Below are positions 58,701 to 64,000 of a stretch of DNA of 64,000 nt, piece after piece. The translations under genes and the position numbers were made by a program. How positions within the stretch are numbered: the first letter of the stretch is position 1; each line of letters starts with the position of its first letter. This DNA is from Halocafeteria seosinensis. Taxonomy: Eukaryota. The notes beneath the pieces were generated by a model. It ran no database searches. It had not been told where the DNA came from and saw only the letters and a program-made list of their open reading frames with translations. The DNA lies in contig LVLI01000079.1 of NCBI GenBank assembly GCA_001687465.1, forward strand, positions 1 to 64,000, written 5' to 3'.

Positions 58701-60399
58701 TGCCTTCGTCAAATTCTTTGCCGGAGACACGTTGCTTGTGGTATCGATAGTACTATCAGCAAGAGAGTCTTGTGGGCCCGAACTTGCAGAGCTTCCAACC
58801 TGAGCGGTTCTCGTCGTAGAACTCGTTGCAGAGCTATCATCAATCTTGCCAGAAGAACTCTTAGGGTGCATCTTGCTACCCGATGACTCCGAGCTCGTTG
58901 AGGTGTTGTTGGTGGCACCGTGGACGGTAGAGGTAACAATGCTTCTTTCCTCCGATACATTAGTCGTAGTTGAGCCGCCGTCAGGTACTTTGGTTGAATT
59001 AATCCTTGTTGATGAGGTGGTAGCAGGCTGGGCCGACGCTGCGATGGTGCTCGTATTGCGGGTGGATACAGTAGCGGAGCTAGACGCAGTAGAGCTAGAC
59101 GAGACACTAGCAGTAGGCGCTTTACTAACTGTAGTAGCGTTCTTTGAGGTAGTAGACTCTGATATTGCTTCACTCCTCCCTGTTGCACCAGAGCTCTGGG
59201 GACTAGACGTTGTATCAGAAGACTGTACAGTTGTTGAGCTGGAGGACTCTGATTGACTCTTGAAAGTCTGTGGCAGTTTCCCTGATGGATTTGGTTCCGA
59301 CGGCGGTGGAGGAGGTGGAGCTCCGGGAGGTGAGTCCTCCTTATGCGAAGCGGTTGCTGGAGGCGGCGGTGGTGCACCAGGCGGAGAGGCATGCTTACTT
59401 GCGTTAGTTGTTTGCGAACCTGTTCAAATAGTATTACGTCTCTAACGCATAGAGGTCTGACTAAAAGCACTAGTGCACCACTTACTCGGCGTTGAGGACG
59501 AGGTCGTACGGTTCTCTCCCTCACCGGTAGTGCTACTGGAAGAAGATAAGGGAGGCTTACTCTTAGAAACGGGGGCTTCCCCTTTCTTAGAGGGCGGCGG
59601 GGGCGGTGTACCTTTAGAAGCCGGAGGTGGGGGAGCCGGTTTGCCTTCTGAGGGTTCTGCGCGTAAGGCAACAATGTAGGTGGTCTCAAGAAGGGTAATG
59701 GGTTACAAAATAAGCAAGAGCTCGTACTCTGTGACTCAGATCCGGGAGGAGTAGGTGGACGTTTTGGCGGGGTTGTACTCTCCGATGTGGATACTTCTGC
59801 AATAAAAAACACCTTCCTATGATGTCCCGCTGTGGACGGCTAAAGGGGTATCCTTTCTTACTAGTGGCGCTTGACGTCCCAGAGGCCGTCTTGTCCCGAG
59901 AAACCGGTGGTGGTGGTGATTCTGTAGAATGAAAGCAGGGTTGGTAACGGTGCATAATATGTCAAGAAGTTCATCAAAACCGCATCTTACTGGGTTTTGA
60001 AGCTTGAGGTGGTGGCGGCGGGGGCCCGTCTGTAATAAAAGTCACAGTAGGTAAGTTGTGTGAGACCAACATAGGAGAAACCTACGCTACCAAAATTAAG
60101 CAACTCACTTCCAGTTGTCTTTCCCGAAGGAGGAGGAGGAGGTGTTGACTTCTGTGTGCCTGCATAATACATTCAACCAACGGAGCGCGTAGCAAACAAA
60201 CGTCCTACGGAGCGTTTAAGGCTGTCTTACTATTGGTAGTCCTACCTTGTGCTCCGCCTTTTTTGGGTGGAGGCGGCGGTCCAGCTCCAGCCTTTTTGGG
60301 AGATGGTGGTGGTGGCGGAGCATCTCCTGAGTTGCTCCTAGACAACGGAGGTGGTGGGGGCTTCTTTGGAGGGTTTTGTGTCGCAGTAGTGGCAGCCAT
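55776..60399 (-). CDS. Large low-complexity protein (paralogue A): polyproline N-terminal mini-exons, Ser/Thr-rich middle, IQ motif and coiled coils
   Basis: Several small exons with PPPPP runs and a long terminal exon (~59420-55776) containing AALRIQRAFRRF. C-terminal blocks are shared with the neighbouring gene. The 5' exon structure is approximate. Confidence 0.72.
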
Positions 60400-61323
60400 C
60401 GTGGTTTAAATGTATCTCATTAATCACTGCAAACAATGCGAAAAAGAGCCTGCGAGGTGTGGTCATTCCCTTAGGTCATTGAGGACCAATGAGAACAAGG
60501 TCGGACATACCACTGAATGGACCGAGATAAATGCTGATATCGCTTCGACTTATTTCCTGCTTCGTGGCACCGTGCAATATGCAAGCTGGTTGCGAAGAAC
60601 AAGAAGGAGAAAACCAAACGTCCTCGCGCTGCCGGTTCGCAGACGTTGAAGCACGATATTTCCCCTTTTCTTGCTCTTAGCAAACACTGAACACAAGGAT
60701 AACGGAATGAATATCAATCCCAAACTACTGTGTTCGAACACGGAAGAGAAATACCACTTGGAACAATCCCAAACAGAGTTTTGTACTTGATGCGACCGCA
60801 ACGGTAAAGTCGACAGGGGGGGATCTCCGCTAGAACGTGATAGCTCCGCTGCACAGAAGGGGTACGGATGTCGCATTCACAACTACTTCCTTGGTACAGA
60901 TACTTGGTGAATGAGTAGTATATTTCTCTAAAAAATCCTCGACAGATCGTCGACAAGTGGGAGTGGTAATACCACCGCTTAGTCGGACGTCGACGACTGG
61001 TACTTGTAGCGCGAAGTTCATCAACTGCAGTTGGGGAACATACGGAAGGACGGAATGTGTGTGCAGGCTGTCCAGGTCAAACATAATGTGGTTAGAGCGC
61101 ACGTCGTCCTGGTATAGTCGTTTCCTTCTTAGCGGTGTGTGTTGCAAGTGGCATGGACAACCGTAGTTCCACTGGTACAATCGAGTGTGGACATCTGAAT
61201 TCACGGATACACATGTACTCCCAGAGTATGTTTACCAGGTCATTGCCAGCATGTAGCGACGAAGGGGCTCACTACCGTCCTCTGGTGACAGCTCATGATG
61301 CCGAGTACAGCGGATGTTAACGT

Positions 61324-64000
61324 TCATGACTGACCTGCAGGTGCCATAAGGCGTCGTAGATAATCGATCTCCTGGACCATTTCATCCCTGCTGGGGGCAC
61401 TCTGAGCTGTATCTCGCTGTAGCACCTGACTCATCGTTGATCTCGCAGGATACCCGTTGGCGAGCATTTCTCTTAGACTCTCATTTTCTCTTTCCAAATC
61501 ACTTTCGTGCTTTTTCCATTCTTCTGTAGTCTCTTGTTGCACCGAATGAACACCCCGGTGAGTGGTTGGTAAGCGCTTCTTTGAAGACTCGTGTTTTGCA
61601 TTTCCCCCACCCCCAGGAGAGTTCGATCGACGCGGTTGCGCTCTGCTGTTCCATTCCGTCCTTACCGATGGAACACGGCCATTCCGTTCTGTATATTGAA
61701 AACCGTGATTAACTGTCTGTTGGGTCGGAGAAGAAGGACGCCAGGGAGGCATTTTCCTCGGAGTCGATCTTCGCGCAATGGGTGTGCCATGATCGTCTAC
61801 ATCTTCGTGGACGTTTTCCTTCCGACGTCCATTTCTAACTGGCTTTCGCTCATGCGATGGTTCGGCTGGAGGCATCTGATTTCGTGGAGCAGTCTCTGAG
61901 CCATCGGTAGCGTGACGAGGTGTACCAGATGATTTGACTTCCTCATCGCCTTTGTTTAACCTTTCTTTGTCCTGAGAGCGGTCCCGGCTAGCCCTTAACG
62001 ATGAAATACGGTCACTGTGTTCTGTATACTGGAAGCCGTGGCTAACAGTTTGTTGGGTCGGGGAAGATGGACGCCACGGAGGTATTTTCTTCTTGTGGTC
62101 TAGGTGCGGTGAAACGGCTGACAGCATCTGACGAGGTACTAAACGGTCGTTTGGGCCATCGGTACCGCGAGAACCATGCTGGGATGGGATTGCTTTCCCA
62201 TTGTGTGCGGTTTTCTCACTTTGAGAAACGAGGGTGGCGCGGCGCATCTCTACAATGTTTTTGAATCGCGCACGTTCATCCTCAAGCCGAGACACTCCAT
62301 ACTTTAAGGTCCTCTCCTTTTCTTCTATGGTCTTCAGAAGCTCTTTACTGTTATTCCCTGGCTGTCCCACCTGAGAGTACAAGTGGGAAAGACAGTTGAC
62401 CGCTTCTGCGATCTGCCTTTGGGACCCATAGAGCACAGATAACATCGTTGAGATACTAAACGTTGCCTCCCCATTCTGTTTACAATCCTCGATCTCCACG
62501 GAAGCATGCTTCTGCACAATATACCGTCGAATCGCTCGTTGGATACGCAAGGCAGCATCCCTCGTCCGTTGCTTTTCTTCATTAGCCTCTTGGTTTTGCG
62601 TCCCGCTGACTGCTTCTTGTTTTTTCTGAGCATTGTAAGCGTCTCTCATCTGACGCGCTAGCCACTTCGAAACGTTGAAATCTTCTGCAATACTGGAGAT
62701 TACGTCAGGTGACGTTTTCTCATTGGTAGGGCGGGATACCGTGTCAGAGGGAGAAGAATCCACTTCACTCTTCCGTTCGACATTCTCCGGCTCGTTGCCA
62801 CGATTCCCGACGGCGAAATCCGGATTAAATTTGTTCAACAGCTGTAACGCTCTTTCATAGGATAAGTGCTTTTTCTTTCCCGTCTGTCGAATTAGATAGG
62901 AAACATCAAGTCCCGGAGAACTTTCTCTCTGAAGCGCGTCAGCGTTATTCGAAGGCGCAAACTTCCGAAGCTGTTGCCTTCTGCGGAACGATTCTGCCAA
63001 TGACTTCTGGTACAACGAACTATAGGTAGAAGAAACTGAGGAACGCGGTGAGTAGTTTGAATCGCTGTATTCGTGAGTTGAGGACGTATCGATAGTAAGG
63101 TCCGTTTTGGAGTGCGGTGCTTTCGATCCAATTGCAAAAGAACAGTCGTAATCTGCACTTCCTTTGTACCCTTTTGCCGACTCGCCCCAGGCATTGGGCT
63201 CCCGCCTCGAAAATGAATTTGCTACTGCATGCTCAACGTTGTTCTCCTGTCTCATTTTAGAAATTGCAGCACTGGTTGCAGTCGAAGTACTCGTAGTGAT
63301 TCCCCATGTTACCTTGTTATCCGTGGAGCTGTTTACAATGTTGGAGTCTTTACTACTTGCCACTTGAAATCCACCTATCTGTCCCTGATCCAAAATGCTG
63401 TCACCTGCCAACCCCTGTCGCGAAAGCGTATTCTTCACCGAAGTATCAAATCTGTTTTCCTGCTTGGATGACTTAACTGTTGAGTCTGGAGCACTGATTC
63501 CAGTCCAAACCCTGGTAGAACCAGGTTCACTGCCTGTCACTTGCAGCCCGCCCGCGCCCTTATTATCGCCTGTGTACGCGGTAAAGGTGGTATCGGTTTC
63601 CGAGGAAGTACCAGCAGGTGTCGTGGTTGCTTGCTTTGGAGTGGAGTTTACTGTCTGCTTACTTGACACCGTCGTTTCTGCGAAAGAGGATCCAGATTCA
63701 GCAACCAAACTCGCTCCTTGAGTGTCTGCTGTAGTAAAGACGTCACTACTGGGTACAGTAGGTGCATCCATGGACCACACTTGGTGAGTAGTCACTGGTA
63801 CAATATCGGAAGAGCTGCCGGTTTCGGTGTCCAGCGACGTCCACACTCCTGTCTCCGCAACGGTTGCCGAGGAAGAGCTCACTGATAGTGCAGGTTCCGG
63901 TTCCGATGCAGCGGCAGCGGCATTCTCCTGTGACGGCTTACTTGACACCGTCGTTTCTGCGAAAGAGGATCCAGATTCAGCAACCAAACTCGCTCCTTGA
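61324..64000 (-). CDS. Paralogue B of the preceding gene (5'-partial): Ser/Thr-rich repeats, IQ motif, coiled coils
   Basis: 887-aa ORF open to the window edge: SLAESFRRRQQ, AALRIQRAIRRY, AEAVNCL, PPWRPSSPTQQTV (x2), VQEIDYLRR. Confidence 0.8.
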   Translation of the reverse strand, partial: QGASLVAESGSSFAETTVSSKPSQENAAAAASEPEPALSVSSSSATVAETGVWTSLDTETGSSSDIVPVTTHQVWSMDAPTVPSSDVFTTADTQGASLVAESGSSFAETTVSSKQTVNSTPKQATTTPAGTSSETDTTFTAYTGDNKGAGGLQVTGSEPGSTRVWTGISAPDSTVKSSKQENRFDTSVKNTLSRQGLAGDSILDQGQIGGFQVASSKDSNIVNSSTDNKVTWGITTSTSTATSAAISKMRQENNVEHAVANSFSRREPNAWGESAKGYKGSADYDCSFAIGSKAPHSKTDLTIDTSSTHEYSDSNYSPRSSVSSTYSSLYQKSLAESFRRRQQLRKFAPSNNADALQRESSPGLDVSYLIRQTGKKKHLSYERALQLLNKFNPDFAVGNRGNEPENVERKSEVDSSPSDTVSRPTNEKTSPDVISSIAEDFNVSKWLARQMRDAYNAQKKQEAVSGTQNQEANEEKQRTRDAALRIQRAIRRYIVQKHASVEIEDCKQNGEATFSISTMLSVLYGSQRQIAEAVNCLSHLYSQVGQPGNNSKELLKTIEEKERTLKYGVSRLEDERARFKNIVEMRRATLVSQSEKTAHNGKAIPSQHGSRGTDGPNDRLVPRQMLSAVSPHLDHKKKIPPWRPSSPTQQTVSHGFQYTEHSDRISSLRASRDRSQDKERLNKGDEEVKSSGTPRHATDGSETAPRNQMPPAEPSHERKPVRNGRRKENVHEDVDDHGTPIARRSTPRKMPPWRPSSPTQQTVNHGFQYTERNGRVPSVRTEWNSRAQPRRSNSPGGGGNAKHESSKKRLPTTHRGVHSVQQETTEEWKKHESDLERENESLREMLANGYPARSTMSQVLQRDTAQSAPSRDEMVQEIDYLRRLMAPAGQS
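63657..64000. repeat. Coding repeat with a 279-bp (93-aa) period, cut by the window edge
   Basis: 63657-63721 is identical to 63936-64000. Confidence 0.9.

Noticed and set aside
60830..61204. 124-aa minus-strand ORF with a faint kinase-loop look (DDVRSNHIMFD...LMNFAL)
   Set aside because: No HRD, DFG, APE or glycine-loop motifs; resemblance is too weak to call.
1..64000. CRISPR arrays, tRNA, rRNA, spliceosomal snRNA, intact transposase/RT genes, introner-like repeated introns
   Set aside because: No repeat-spacer arrays or recognisable signature sequences seen by eye, and the short introns I compared share no sequence beyond splice signals. Divergent RNAs could be missed without covariance-model searches.

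Overview
Gene-dense eukaryotic nuclear DNA with the standard genetic code and short GT-AG introns (mostly ~50-90 nt). SF-assemblin and an outer-arm-dynein-type thioredoxin point to a flagellated protist. Together with a single-chain fungal-type fatty acid synthase carrying two ACPs, this suggests a heterotrophic stramenopile, but that is an inference. About 18 spliced genes can be reconstructed by eye: serine carboxypeptidase, DNAJC9-like, P4-ATPase, formin, two ankyrin proteins, SF-assemblin, PB1-MAP3K, NOP58, DJ-1/Hsp31, a ~4,310-aa FAS, ALG2, a GT1 glycosyltransferase-FkbM methyltransferase fusion, a thioredoxin-like protein, TMEM86/YhhN, CCT1, PRMT5 and two tandem IQ/coiled-coil paralogues. 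The most unusual observations are: an RNase HI domain whose first catalytic Asp appears to lie on an adjacent inverted 60-bp segment; a ~95-bp direct repeat bracketing the carboxypeptidase gene; the GT1-FkbM fusion head-to-head with ALG2; oversized structured introns in NOP58 and CCT1; a recurring intergenic ACAATTGTA..TTGTAC motif; and convergent gene pairs whose stop codons are only 9-18 bp apart. Exon boundaries and family calls come from manual reading and motif recall; no database searches were run.
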